A DNA stretch of 64,000 bases, taken from positions 3,312,641 through 3,376,640 of the forward strand of contig OZ244860.1 of NCBI GenBank assembly GCA_965221035.1. Direction: 5' to 3'. The DNA is from Candidatus Rariloculaceae bacterium. GTDB lineage: Bacteria > Pseudomonadota > Gammaproteobacteria > Steroidobacterales > Rariloculaceae. The position numbers and the translations under genes were made by a program. Every line of letters begins with the position of its first letter. Position 1 is the first letter of the stretch. The notes beneath the pieces were generated by a model, which saw only the letters and a program-made list of their open reading frames with translations, was not told the DNA's origin and did no database searches. Shown piece after piece: positions 1 to 9,263 of this stretch.

Positions 1-3000
1 CCGGGATTCACGTTCGAGCCCGGCAGCGATCAAGTCAACATCGTCACCGGACCCAACGCGATCGGCAAGAGCAGCCTGGTCAGGGCGCTGAAGCACCTGC
101 TCGCCGGTGTCGATGCGCGTAACGATCCTCCCGATCTGCACCTGGTCGCGGAATTCCTGAGCGGAGACCTCGGCAAGGCCGCGCAAGGCGTCGGCGGGGG
201 TACGCGGCGCGTGGATTCGGTCGGGACAAAAGCCCGCGAAGTCCGCTGGACGGTGCGCCGCACCGGTCGGCAAATAGTCTGGATGCGTGATGGCGAACCG
301 CTGGCCGCTCCTCCCGCCCTGCCGGGCGCCGAGCACTTCGGCCTTTTCCGGCTATCCGTGGAGAACCTTCTCGCCGACGATGCTGACGACCGGCGATTGG
401 CCGCCGGACTTTGGCGCATGCTGCGGGGAGGTTATGACCTGGAAGGTGCGAGAAGGCCGGTCGGGCCGCGTTTCGGCAGCGCCGAAGCCAGGCAGCTGGC
501 CGCAAAGTCCAGAACGCTCCGGGAGGTGGAGGGTGCCCAGTCCGACTTGCTACGCGAGGAAGCGGAACTGCCGGATTTGGAGCGGCGCATCGTCCGCTCC
601 GAGCAGGCGGGCGCTCTCGTGGCGCGCTTGCGGACCGCCTTGGAGCTGCACGAGGCCATCGCCATCCGCCGGGCGCGCACGAACGATCTAGAGGCGTTTG
701 CCGTCCGGATGGCGCAGTTGCGCGGCGACGAGATCGAGGAGTTGGACAAGCTGGAAGCGATGCTTACGACGCTGCGCGGCGACCGTGCCAACGCGGAAAG
801 AAAAATTGCCGATGCGGGCCGGAAACTGGAACAAACGGGGTTGCACGATGTACGCCCCGGCACCGAAGAAATGGCCGCCATCGAAGCGTCGCTACGTCAG
901 GTGGAAGTGGATTTCACCCAACTCGACCGCGCCAACCAGGACCTTGGAGAAGCTGAAGCAGCTCTTGGTGTGGCCACAGCACAGCTGGGTATTTCCGCCC
1001 CGACCACCGATGCGGAGACTGCGACAGAAGACCGTAGTGCCCTGCGACCCGGCGGTGAAGCCATCGGTGAAGCCATCGGTGAAGCCATCGAATTGGGACC
1101 GCGCCATCTTGAGCGCGCCCGGGAAATCGTCGAACCCCTGGTTGACGCGCAATGTCTCCGCAAGGAATTGCACCAGCGCTTGAACCTGGCGGGGACCCCT
1201 CCGGACGCTTCGGAACTCGACCAATACCGCGAAGGCGTGGATGCCCTGCGGACCTGGCTGGCGGCGACAGAGGCAGGTCGCGACATCCCGGGCGCGCGGA
1301 GCTCCCGGTTCTTCACCCGGATATTGTGGTGGGCGACGTTCACGCTGTCGGCATTGCTCGCGGCGTTCGCCTTTCTGGCGGAGGCGTGGCTGGTGTTCGG
1401 CGGTATGGCCTTTGCGATAGCGATTCTTCTGGGCACATTGTGGATGGGGCAACGGGCGAGTGCGCTGGCGGAAGTGCCGCTGAAGGAGGAGAAGCGTCGA
1501 TATGAACAGACTGGCCTGGAACCGCCTCCGGAATGGCGCGAGGGGCCGGTGCGCGAACACTTGCGGCAAACCGTCCAGAGCCGGTTCGACGATCTGCGGC
1601 TGCGCGCAAGGCAAGCCGAGGGCGCCGAGCGCATACGCCAGGAGATCGGACAGGTGGACTCGCGGATCGCGGAACTAGAGGAGCGTAGTAGCGCGCTCGC
1701 CCGAGAGATCGGCATCGACCCGGCGCTGACCGGTGCTCCGCTGTATCGATTCATCGACGTGACAAGCCGTTTCGACGGGGCACGCACCGCCCACGCGCAA
1801 AAGGTTGCTGCCGTCGATGACCTGAGCAAGCGGATCGGCATAGGCGCCACCCGCATCCGCGATTTTCTCGGCGAGTGGCGCGCCGGGGATTCGCCGCCCC
1901 TCGGTGCATCCGTTACTCGCGAAGACCTGGCTGCGCTGCGTATCGCCTTCGATTCCTTGAAGGTGCGCCTGGTGGAAGCGGCGGACGCGCTTGGGCTGGT
2001 TGAAACCAACACACGGGAGACCGACTCGCTGGATGAACGCATCGCGGAAGCCGAATCGAACATCGCGAAGTTGTTTGATCGCGCCGGGCTCAAGGCCGGT
2101 GCCCGCGAAGAGCTGGTCCGGATGATCGATCGGATCGGTGATTGGCGGCAGGCCCGCAAGGCGCTGGACGTGGCGGAAACGGAAGAAAAACGGCTCCGCA
2201 AGCTGCTTTCCGACGGAAACGGCCTCGTGGACTCCGTGGAGGGCGGGGCGATCGACGCGCTCAAGGGCCAGTTGCGCGCAGCCGAAGCCCAGGCGGGAGA
2301 ACGGGACGAACTCCTGCGGAAGGAATCTGCAATCAACGCCCGCCTTAAGGAAGCCCGCAGGAGCCACGCGCTCGAGGAAGCCGCGATGGCGAGGGACCGG
2401 GCCGCCGAGGCGCTGAGCGACAAGCGCGACGAAGCCCTCGCAAGTGCCGCCACAGACATGTTGCTGGACGATGTGGAGGATGCATTCGAAACCGAACACG
2501 AACCGGTTCTGCTCGGCAGGGCGCGACGGTGGTTCAAGCGCGTGACGGCCCACGCCTTCACTCTGGAATTGCGGGATGCCGAAGGTATTCTCGCTCGCGA
2601 CAGCAAGCAAGGCGAACTGCGCGCGCTGAGCGAACTGTCGTCCGGCACCCGCATGCAGTTGCTGCTCGCGCTGCGTCTCGCTTGGATGGAGGACCGCGAG
2701 CGTGGCGGTGAACCGCTGCCGCTCTTTTTCGATGAAGCGCTGACCACGAGCGATGTGGACCGGTTTTCGGAGATGGCCCGGACGCTGACGCGGCTGGCGG
2801 ACGCGGGCCGCCAGATATTCTACCTCTGCGCCCGGCGCCACGAGGCCGCACTGTGGAAGCAAGCCACCGGCACGTCGCCCGCCCTGATCGACTTGGCTGA
2901 CGTCCGCTTCGGTTCCGCGCCCATGGACGCCGACACCCTGCGCGTTGAAGCGCCCCCGGCGTTGCCGCCGCCCGATGGCCTGGCGGCTGAGGACTACGCC

Positions 3001-3588
3001 GAGCGCATAGGTGTCCACGCTGTGAATCCCCGGGCCGACGCCGGCGCAATCCATCTTTTTCATCTGCTCCGTGACGACCTCGGTTTGCTGCACAGCCTCC
3101 TGGACACCTGGCGGATCGGCACCCTGGGACAATTGGAGTCCCTGCTGGCAAGCGATGCAGCGCGGTCCGCGATCCCCGACCGGCTTGTCCGGCAGCGGCT
3201 CCGTCAACAGTGCCGGACCGCGAGAGTCTGGGTTGAGCTATGGCGCCAGGGGCGCGGGAAGCCCGTGGCCAGGACCGCCCTTGAGCAATGCGGTGCCGTC
3301 ACGTCACGTTTTCTGGACCGGGCCACCGAACTGGCCGCAGAGCTGAATGGCGACGGCGCTGCGCTGGTCCGCGCCCTGCGGGCCGGACAACTGAAGCATT
3401 TTCTCAAGAGCAAGGCTGACGAATTGGAACAGTGGCTGGTCGAAAATGGCTATGTCGATGACTCGGAAACGCTTGATGCCGGCGAGCGCCGCCATCTGAC
3501 CCTTCAGCGGGCCCTCCCGGAGACTGCGAAAGACGCGGAGGACACTGGGCGGGTCGTCGAATGGTTGGAGGCTGCGGTGGTGTCGTGA
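1..3588 (+). CDS. SMC/Rad50-like ABC-type ATPase with mid-protein membrane hairpin (YhaN-like); 5' end outside window
   Basis: Frame 1 is open from base 1 and is in frame with ORF 211..3588. Bases 1-100 translate to PGFTFEPGSDQVNIVTGPNAIGKSSLVRALKHLL (Walker A GPNAIGKS). Long E/R/A/L-rich coiled-coil stretches follow. A hydrophobic hairpin FFTRILWWATFTLSALLAAFAFLAEAWLVFGGMAFAIAILLGTLWMG lies mid-protein. Late in the protein come the ABC signature LSSGTRMQLLLALRLAW and Walker B/D-loop PLFFDEALTTSD, then about 290 aa of unassigned C-terminal sequence. Confidence 0.8.
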   Translation, partial: PGFTFEPGSDQVNIVTGPNAIGKSSLVRALKHLLAGVDARNDPPDLHLVAEFLSGDLGKAAQGVGGGTRRVDSVGTKAREVRWTVRRTGRQIVWMRDGEPLAAPPALPGAEHFGLFRLSVENLLADDADDRRLAAGLWRMLRGGYDLEGARRPVGPRFGSAEARQLAAKSRTLREVEGAQSDLLREEAELPDLERRIVRSEQAGALVARLRTALELHEAIAIRRARTNDLEAFAVRMAQLRGDEIEELDKLEAMLTTLRGDRANAERKIADAGRKLEQTGLHDVRPGTEEMAAIEASLRQVEVDFTQLDRANQDLGEAEAALGVATAQLGISAPTTDAETATEDRSALRPGGEAIGEAIGEAIELGPRHLERAREIVEPLVDAQCLRKELHQRLNLAGTPPDASELDQYREGVDALRTWLAATEAGRDIPGARSSRFFTRILWWATFTLSALLAAFAFLAEAWLVFGGMAFAIAILLGTLWMGQRASALAEVPLKEEKRRYEQTGLEPPPEWREGPVREHLRQTVQSRFDDLRLRARQAEGAERIRQEIGQVDSRIAELEERSSALAREIGIDPALTGAPLYRFIDVTSRFDGARTAHAQKVAAVDDLSKRIGIGATRIRDFLGEWRAGDSPPLGASVTREDLAALRIAFDSLKVRLVEAADALGLVETNTRETDSLDERIAEAESNIAKLFDRAGLKAGAREELVRMIDRIGDWRQARKALDVAETEEKRLRKLLSDGNGLVDSVEGGAIDALKGQLRAAEAQAGERDELLRKESAINARLKEARRSHALEEAAMARDRAAEALSDKRDEALASAATDMLLDDVEDAFETEHEPVLLGRARRWFKRVTAHAFTLELRDAEGILARDSKQGELRALSELSSGTRMQLLLALRLAWMEDRERGGEPLPLFFDEALTTSDVDRFSEMARTLTRLADAGRQIFYLCARRHEAALWKQATGTSPALIDLADVRFGSAPMDADTLRVEAPPALPPPDGLAAEDYAERIGVHAVNPRADAGAIHLFHLLRDDLGLLHSLLDTWRIGTLGQLESLLASDAARSAIPDRLVRQRLRQQCRTARVWVELWRQGRGKPVARTALEQCGAVTSRFLDRATELAAELNGDGAALVRALRAGQLKHFLKSKADELEQWLVENGYVDDSETLDAGERRHLTLQRALPETAKDAEDTGRVVEWLEAAVVS
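1054..1089. repeat. Perfect 12-bp x3 in-frame tandem repeat GGTGAAGCCATC (encodes GEAIGEAIGEAI) inside the ATPase gene
   Basis: Read directly: ggtgaagccatc ggtgaagccatc ggtgaagccatc. Confidence 0.9.
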
Positions 3589-3657
3589 CTGGCCGCTGCG
3601 GAGAATACCCTCCATAATGTCCGCAAATCGTGCGGATTTTAACGGTTTGATCGGCAG

Positions 3658-4779
3658 ATGAACTACATCTGGGAACTTGAGCAGTGGCCAGCCTTGTACT
3701 GGGATGATCGCGCCCTTATGCGGCTTCTCACCCGAGTCAGCCGGGAACAGGGCCGAATTCTCGGCAAAATGGAAGAGCTCGGATTCGAACTGCGTACCAA
3801 GGCTCACCTGCGCACGCTGACGGAAGATGTCGTCAAGTCGAGTGAAATCGAGGGTGAAAGACTTGATCGGGAACAGGTCCGTTCTTCGATCGCGCGTCGG
3901 CTCGGCGTCGACATCGGTGGTCTCGTGGCCACGGACCGCGACGTTGACGGCGTCGTGGAAATGATGATCGATGCCTCTGGAAACCATGACGACCCGCTGA
4001 CAGTGGAGCGACTGTTCGCTTGGCACGCGGCGCTGTTCCCGACCGGTAGAAGCGGCTTGACCACGATCGTCGTCGGGAGCTGGCGCACCGATGTAACCGG
4101 CCCGATGCAGGTTGTCTCCGGTCCGATCAGCCGCCAGAGGGTCTACTACGAAGCGCCGCCGGCCGAACGTGTGCCTGACGAAATGGACAGGTTCCTGGCG
4201 TGGTTCGATGAACCGGGCGACATGGATCCGCTGCTCGTCGCGGGGCTCGCGCACTTGTGGTTCGTGACGATTCACCCGTTCGACGATGGAAACGGGCGCA
4301 TCGCCCGTGCGATCGCCGACGCCGCGCTCGCTCGCTCCGAACACACCGGCCATCGCTTCTACAGCATGTCGAGCCAGATACGTGCTGAAAGAGACGACTA
4401 CTACGACCTGCTCGAACGCACTCAGAAATCGACACTCGATGTCACGCCCTGGCAGACATGGTTTCTCGAATGTCTGCTGCGTGCGATAGAAGGCTCGGAG
4501 GACACCTTGTCCGCCGTCCTCGAAAAAGCTAGATTCTGGGAACGGTTTTCCGGGGCGGCGTTCAACGAGCGCCAGATCAAGGTGCTGAACCGCGTGCTGG
4601 ATGGTTTCGAGGTCAAGCTGACGTCATCGAAGTGGGCAAGGCTCGCCAAGTGCTCGCAGGACACGGCCTACCGCGACATCCTGAACCTGGTCGATCGAGG
4701 TGCGCTGCGCAAGGATGCTGGTGGAGGACGGAGCACTAGCTACTCGGTGGCAGTGGCACGTGAAGCGAAACCACGGTGA
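3658..4779 (+). CDS. Fic family protein (AMPylase-type, class II auto-inhibited architecture)
   Basis: 373-aa ORF with the canonical Fic motif HPFDDGNGRIARA (HxFx[D/E]GNGRxxR). An N-terminal inhibitory-helix motif [S/T]xxxE[G/N] is present as SSEIEG in VVKSSEIEGERL. The C-terminal tail looks like a winged helix. Same strand as the ATPase gene, 69 nt downstream. Confidence 0.9.
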   Translation: MNYIWELEQWPALYWDDRALMRLLTRVSREQGRILGKMEELGFELRTKAHLRTLTEDVVKSSEIEGERLDREQVRSSIARRLGVDIGGLVATDRDVDGVVEMMIDASGNHDDPLTVERLFAWHAALFPTGRSGLTTIVVGSWRTDVTGPMQVVSGPISRQRVYYEAPPAERVPDEMDRFLAWFDEPGDMDPLLVAGLAHLWFVTIHPFDDGNGRIARAIADAALARSEHTGHRFYSMSSQIRAERDDYYDLLERTQKSTLDVTPWQTWFLECLLRAIEGSEDTLSAVLEKARFWERFSGAAFNERQIKVLNRVLDGFEVKLTSSKWARLAKCSQDTAYRDILNLVDRGALRKDAGGGRSTSYSVAVAREAKPR

Positions 4780-4911
4780 GCGAGCATGTCCGTGTCGGGC
4801 TGATCGCGGTGACCTTCACCCGATTCGTCCGTCCGTTGTCCGATGAGAATAAAGGGCGTGCAATTCTACGAGACTTGTTGAAGCGGCACCTCTCCGAACC
4901 CCGTTACGCGC

Positions 4912-5598
4912 CTACAACGCCCGATACAACCTCTCATCGTATAGCGCCCCACTCAGGGGGTAGACGCTCGCTCGGAACGACCGGGTATGCGGGGCGTCGA
5001 TGTGCCGCATCCGGGCTTCGGCATTTTCCCACCGCTCCACGACCTTGAAGTGGTTTCTGCGGTTGGATTGCACCAGCACGTCGAACCGCTCGTTGCCGGC
5101 CTCGGCGAGGCTGGCGGCGGCGACCGCTTGAAGATGCTCCAGCGCGGGATCCACGTTGTTGGGCGTCACGTCCACGTGCGTGATGGCGTAGACGGCATCG
5201 TCGGACGGCTCGCTGTACTCGGTGCTGGCGACGAGTTCCACGTGCAGGCGTTCGTCATAGGGGCTGTAGAGCAGCGGCGCCAAGGCTTCGCGGAAAGCGG
5301 TCGCGCGGTCCGAGTCTCGATGGGATTGTTGGGCGTCCAGGCTTGTCCACGTTCCCAGCAGCACGAAGTGGTTCGGCTGGCCTATGCGCTGAAGGGCTTC
5401 GAGCAGCAAATTACCCGGGTCCTTGCGGCGCGCCTCCACCTCGGTCGAGATCAGTTCCAATGCCTGCTCGACAGACGCTGGCGAAACTTCGATGTAAGTC
5501 ACAACGAAAGCGGCATCGCCTTCTTGGGCTGCGGCTGTTCGGACCAGCGCGATGGCCAAGGCGGCGGCGAACAGGACAGGGCGGAATGCGTGCTTCAT
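4912..5598 (-). CDS. Secreted tandem ABM (antibiotic-biosynthesis-monooxygenase-like, dimeric alpha/beta-barrel) domain protein
   Basis: Start taken at ATG 5598, with GGAGAC a few nt upstream. This gives the signal peptide MKHAFRPVLFAAALAIALVRTAAAQ. Two similar halves each carry ABM-like strings (NHFVLLGTWTSLDAQQSH and NHFKVVERWENAEARMRH). The ORF-track start at 5646 adds 16 aa without a signal peptide. Confidence 0.6.
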   Translation of the reverse strand: MKHAFRPVLFAAALAIALVRTAAAQEGDAAFVVTYIEVSPASVEQALELISTEVEARRKDPGNLLLEALQRIGQPNHFVLLGTWTSLDAQQSHRDSDRATAFREALAPLLYSPYDERLHVELVASTEYSEPSDDAVYAITHVDVTPNNVDPALEHLQAVAAASLAEAGNERFDVLVQSNRRNHFKVVERWENAEARMRHIDAPHTRSFRASVYPLSGALYDERLYRAL

Positions 5599-5700
5599 GG
5601 GGATTGTCTCCAACGAGTCCGGACAGGCGGTACCCATTCTACACAAGGAGTGAAGCGAAAAAAGACGACACCAGAAGTACTTGCTGCTGCGATTTCGAAC

Positions 5701-5736
5701 CGGGTGTTCGTCTGGGTGTTCGTCCGGGTGTTCGTC
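5701..5736. repeat. Three tandem 12-bp direct repeats (C/T)GGGTGTTCGTC abutting a TTGACA hexamer (5737-5742)
   Basis: Read directly: cgggtgttcgtc tgggtgttcgtc cgggtgttcgtc ttgaca. Lies in the divergent intergenic region between the ABM gene and the Phd-type antitoxin gene. Confidence 0.85.
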
Positions 5737-5771
5737 TTGACAGACTGAAACAGGTCACGAAAACAGGTGGT

Positions 5772-6008
5772 ATGGAAACGATCAACGCAACTGACTTCAA
5801 GGCGCGGTGCCTGGCCATACTCGACCGAGTGAACATGACGGGCGAACGGATTGTGGTTTTGAAGCGCGGTCACCCGGTGGCCGAGTTGCGGCCGGCCAGC
5901 CCGCCCCATGCGGAGCATCCGCAATGGGAGTTGAAGGGAACGGTCGAGGTGTCGGGCGATATTGTCGGTCCGGTTGTGCCGGAATCCCATTGGGAGAACT
6001 TGGAGTAG
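5772..6008 (+). CDS. Phd/YefM-family type II antitoxin (no intact cognate toxin downstream)
   Basis: ATG at 5772 is preceded by AGGTGG. The 78-aa product METINATDFKARCLAILDRVNMTGERIVVLKRGHPVAELRP matches the usual Phd/YefM N-terminal pattern (xxF/AKAxxxxLLDxVxxGExVxIxxxGxPVAxLxP). The longer ORF 5343..6008 has an R/P/G-rich upstream part that I discount. Confidence 0.75.
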   Translation: METINATDFKARCLAILDRVNMTGERIVVLKRGHPVAELRPASPPHAEHPQWELKGTVEVSGDIVGPVVPESHWENLE

Positions 6009-6030
6009 CGTTGGCCCGGCTCGGCACCCA

Positions 6031-7311
6031 CTATTGGCAACCGCCGTAGCGCCGCACACGGATATCCGCCTGTTCCTTGTGGCCCATGAAGCCTTCCAGG
6101 TCACAAAGCCTGGAGCAGTACTCGCCGACCTTCAGGGAAGCCTCTTCGGTCAAGCGCTGGTAGGTGCAGGTCTTGATGAACTTGCCGACCCACAGCCCGC
6201 CGGTGTAGCGGGCCGCCCGTCGCGTCGGCAGCGTGTGGTTGGTGCCGATGACCTTGTCGCCGTAGGCGACGTTGGTTTCGGGCCCCAGGAACAGGGCACC
6301 GTAGTTGGTCATGTTTTCCAGGAAGTACGATGGATCGCGAGTCATGACCTGCACGTGTTCCGCCGCGATGCCGTCGGCCACCTGGACCATCTCTTCGACA
6401 CCGTCGCAGACGATGACCTCGCCGTGGTCCCGCCACGCGACGCGTGCGATATCCGCGGTTGGCAAAATCCCCAACTGGCGCTCGACCTCCGCCATCGTCT
6501 CGCGCGCAAGCGGTTCGGAATCGGTGAGCAGAATGGCCGGCGACGTGGGCCCGTGCTCGGCCTGGCCCAGCAGGTCCGCCGCACACAGTTCGCCGTCCAC
6601 GCTGTCGTCGGCGATGACCAGCGTCTCGGTCGGTCCGGCCAGCAGGTCGATGCCGACGCGGCCGAACAGCTGCCGCTTGGCTTCGGCCACGTAGGCGTTG
6701 CCGGGGCCGACGATCATGTCCGCCGGGTCGATGGATTCGGTCCCCAGGGCCATGGCGGCTACCGCCTGCACGCCGCCCAGGCAGTAGATTTCGTCCGCGC
6801 CCGCCATGTCCATCGCGGTGACGATGGCCGCGCTCGGGGCGCCCTGGTGGGGCGGCGCGGTCGCGGCGACCCGGTCGACACCCGCCACCTTGGCGGTGAC
6901 GATGCTCATGTGCGCCGACGCCACCATGGGATACTTTCCGCCCGGCACGTAACAGCCGACGCTGTTGACCGGCAGGTTCCTGTGTCCAAGCACGACGCCT
7001 GGCAAGGTCTCGACCTCGACGTCGCGCAGGGCGTCCCGCTGCGCCTGGGCGAAATTTCGAATCTGTGTCTGCGCGAAGCGGATGTCTTCGATCACCCGCT
7101 CCGGAAGTGACCGGCGGCAGGCCTCGATGGTGTCGGGGTCGAGGCGGAAGGAAGGCGGCGACCAGTTGTCGAAACGCTCCGAATAGTCGCGTAGCGCATC
7201 GTCTCCCCTTGAGCCGATGTCCGCGATGATGCGTTCCACGTCTCCGCGGATCCGATCATCCTCCTTGGCCTTGTTTTCGGCGGGCTGGCCCCGCTTCAGG
7301 TGGCGTGCCAT
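6031..7311 (-). CDS. Histidinol dehydrogenase family protein (HisD-like NAD-dependent dehydrogenase; possibly a catabolic paralog)
   Basis: 426 aa. Carries family-typical strings [16 protein letters not shown] and [15 protein letters not shown]. The length is typical for HisD. No other his genes are nearby; an SDR gene is encoded divergently. Confidence 0.75.
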   Translation of the reverse strand: MARHLKRGQPAENKAKEDDRIRGDVERIIADIGSRGDDALRDYSERFDNWSPPSFRLDPDTIEACRRSLPERVIEDIRFAQTQIRNFAQAQRDALRDVEVETLPGVVLGHRNLPVNSVGCYVPGGKYPMVASAHMSIVTAKVAGVDRVAATAPPHQGAPSAAIVTAMDMAGADEIYCLGGVQAVAAMALGTESIDPADMIVGPGNAYVAEAKRQLFGRVGIDLLAGPTETLVIADDSVDGELCAADLLGQAEHGPTSPAILLTDSEPLARETMAEVERQLGILPTADIARVAWRDHGEVIVCDGVEEMVQVADGIAAEHVQVMTRDPSYFLENMTNYGALFLGPETNVAYGDKVIGTNHTLPTRRAARYTGGLWVGKFIKTCTYQRLTEEASLKVGEYCSRLCDLEGFMGHKEQADIRVRRYGGCQ

Positions 7312-7543
7312 GGTGTTGCTCCAAGCAGCATGCGCCGAGTGCCGGCGTTGGCTGCGTGTCCCTCACAAAAGAGGTCCCGATTGTACCGTCGCGGTCGTGA
7401 GTTCGGCGACCACGGCTCGTGGACGCGGCAATCGGCAAAGTACTTCAGGCATGTTCGAAGACCGTCAGTATCGGGCGTAGTAGACTGCGTTGCGGCTGAC
7501 CGGATAGGTAAATCGTTCAGCCAAGGGTGGGATTCGGTCGACC

Positions 7544-8323
7544 ATGGCCGGAATCGGAAAGAACGGCGGCAGGATGACAACACCAGGCACCAAGTGGGAC
7601 CTCAAGGGCCGTGTGGCTCTGATCTCCGGCGGCAGCCGCGGCATCGGGGCGGCCTGCGCCGAGGCGATGGTCGATGCCGGCGCGCGGGTGATCGCGGTGG
7701 CGCGCGATCAGGGCGATCTGGACCGGCTGCGAGACCGGTTGGACGGTGCAGTGGAGACGTGGGCCGAGGATGTCGGCGGGCGTTCGTTCCGTCGCCGCCT
7801 CGAACGGCTCGGGCGACTGGATATCCTGTTCAACAACGCGGGTACCAACTCGCCGGGGCCCTTCATCGGCACCCCCGAAGAGGTGGTGGACGAAATGATT
7901 GCCCTGAACGTCCGGGCGATGTTCCTGACGGCCCAGAGCGCCGCAAGGGTGATGCTTCGAGCGGGCAATGGCGGTTCGATCATCAACATGTCTTCCCAGA
8001 TGGGCCATATCGGTGCGGCGAACCGGACTGTCTACTGCATGACCAAGCACGCCGTGGAAGGGTTGACCAAGGCGCTGGGCGTGGAACTGGCGCCGCATGG
8101 CATCCGGGTCAACAGCGTCGCGCCGACCTTCATCGAAACGCCGATGACCCGGCCCATGTTCGAGGACCCGGACTTCAAGCGTTGGGTGCTGGACTGCATC
8201 CCCATGGAACGCATCGGGCAACTTCACGAAGTGGTCGCGGCGGTGATGTTCCTGGCGTCGCCGGATTCCTCGCTGATGACGGGCTCCAGTCTCAGGGTGG
8301 ACGGAGGCTGGACGGCGCGCTGA
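7544..8323 (+). CDS. Short-chain dehydrogenase/reductase (SDR)
   Basis: Cofactor motif LISGGSRGIGAA (TGxxxGIG type), NNAG, and catalytic YCMTKHAVEGLTKAL (YxxxK). An alternative start is ATG 7574. Confidence 0.9.
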   Translation: MAGIGKNGGRMTTPGTKWDLKGRVALISGGSRGIGAACAEAMVDAGARVIAVARDQGDLDRLRDRLDGAVETWAEDVGGRSFRRRLERLGRLDILFNNAGTNSPGPFIGTPEEVVDEMIALNVRAMFLTAQSAARVMLRAGNGGSIINMSSQMGHIGAANRTVYCMTKHAVEGLTKALGVELAPHGIRVNSVAPTFIETPMTRPMFEDPDFKRWVLDCIPMERIGQLHEVVAAVMFLASPDSSLMTGSSLRVDGGWTAR

Positions 8324-8363
8324 TACGCGGGCGCGTACGCCCGGCAAGCAACTTCCCGAGCGG

Positions 8364-9263
8364 CTATTCGACCGGCTGCGGTGCAAGCGACCGCAGGTAG
8401 ACCACCAGCGCGTCCAGGTCTTCCTCGGTCATGTTCCGGTAGTACTGGAATGCCATGCTGTCGAGCATTTGCCGTCCGTCGGGTCGGATGCCGTCGGTGA
8501 TGGCGAGCTTGATTTCCTCGTCCGTCCATTCGCCGATGCCCAGGGTCGGATGTGGCGTCACATTGGCCGAGATCACCGTGAAGCCGAGTCCGAAGATGTT
8601 CGGGTAGCTGTTTCCGCCGAGACCGGTGCGGCTGAAATCGTGCCTGCCTTGCACCAGGGGCGTATGGCACTCGGTGCAATGGCCCAGGGCGAGGGCGACG
8701 TAGGTGCCGTAAGCCAGCGGGTCGTCGCGGGAAACGTCGGGGACGGATTCCACGGGCGGACCCCAGTTGGGCGGCAGGGGTATTCGATACTCGCTCCTCG
8801 GCACGACCCGGTTCACCGGCTCCGTGTTGCGCAGATAGGCGACGATCGCGCGTACGTCCGTATCTGAAATGTCACGGTACCACGGTGTGGGCATCGGCGG
8901 GCCGATGATGGTTCCATCCGGCCGGATGCCATCGCGGATGGAGCGGATGATGTCTTCGTCGCTCCAGGTGCCGATACCTGTGGCTTCGTCCATCGTGATG
9001 TTGGGCGCATACGCATTGAACCCGGGCTCCTCGATGACGAACGACCCGGCCAGGTGAAGGTTTTCGATGGGCGTGCCGTCGGACCGCTTGGGCGTGTGGC
9101 AGTTGCCGCAGGCGGCAATGCTTTCCATCAGGTAGGTGCCGCGCTGGAGCAATTCGTCGGACTCCTGGGCGGGGATCGGGGGAGCGCAAACCAGAAATAC
9201 GAAACCGCCCGCCAGGCAGCTCGCGCCCCCGCGCAAGGCCTTTTTCCAAACAGTGGCCATCAT
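8364..9263 (-). CDS. Secreted dihaem c-type cytochrome
   Basis: Two CxxCH motifs (CGNCHTP, CTECHTP). Start ATG 9263 gives the signal-like N-terminus MMATVWKKALRGGASCLAGGFVFLVCAPPIPAQE. This ATG overlaps the stop of the upstream esterase gene (ATGA at 9263-9260). The 661-aa ORF-track version is an out-of-gene extension. Confidence 0.85.
   Translation of the reverse strand: MMATVWKKALRGGASCLAGGFVFLVCAPPIPAQESDELLQRGTYLMESIAACGNCHTPKRSDGTPIENLHLAGSFVIEEPGFNAYAPNITMDEATGIGTWSDEDIIRSIRDGIRPDGTIIGPPMPTPWYRDISDTDVRAIVAYLRNTEPVNRVVPRSEYRIPLPPNWGPPVESVPDVSRDDPLAYGTYVALALGHCTECHTPLVQGRHDFSRTGLGGNSYPNIFGLGFTVISANVTPHPTLGIGEWTDEEIKLAITDGIRPDGRQMLDSMAFQYYRNMTEEDLDALVVYLRSLAPQPVE

Noticed and set aside
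897-3207. Long antisense ORFs (897..2747 at 616 aa, 1675..3207 at 510 aa) opposite the ATPase gene
   Set aside because: Their S/R/A/P-rich low-complexity translations carry no motifs. Such ORFs are expected in about 65% GC DNA where stop codons are rare, and the sense frame carries clear Walker/ABC motifs.
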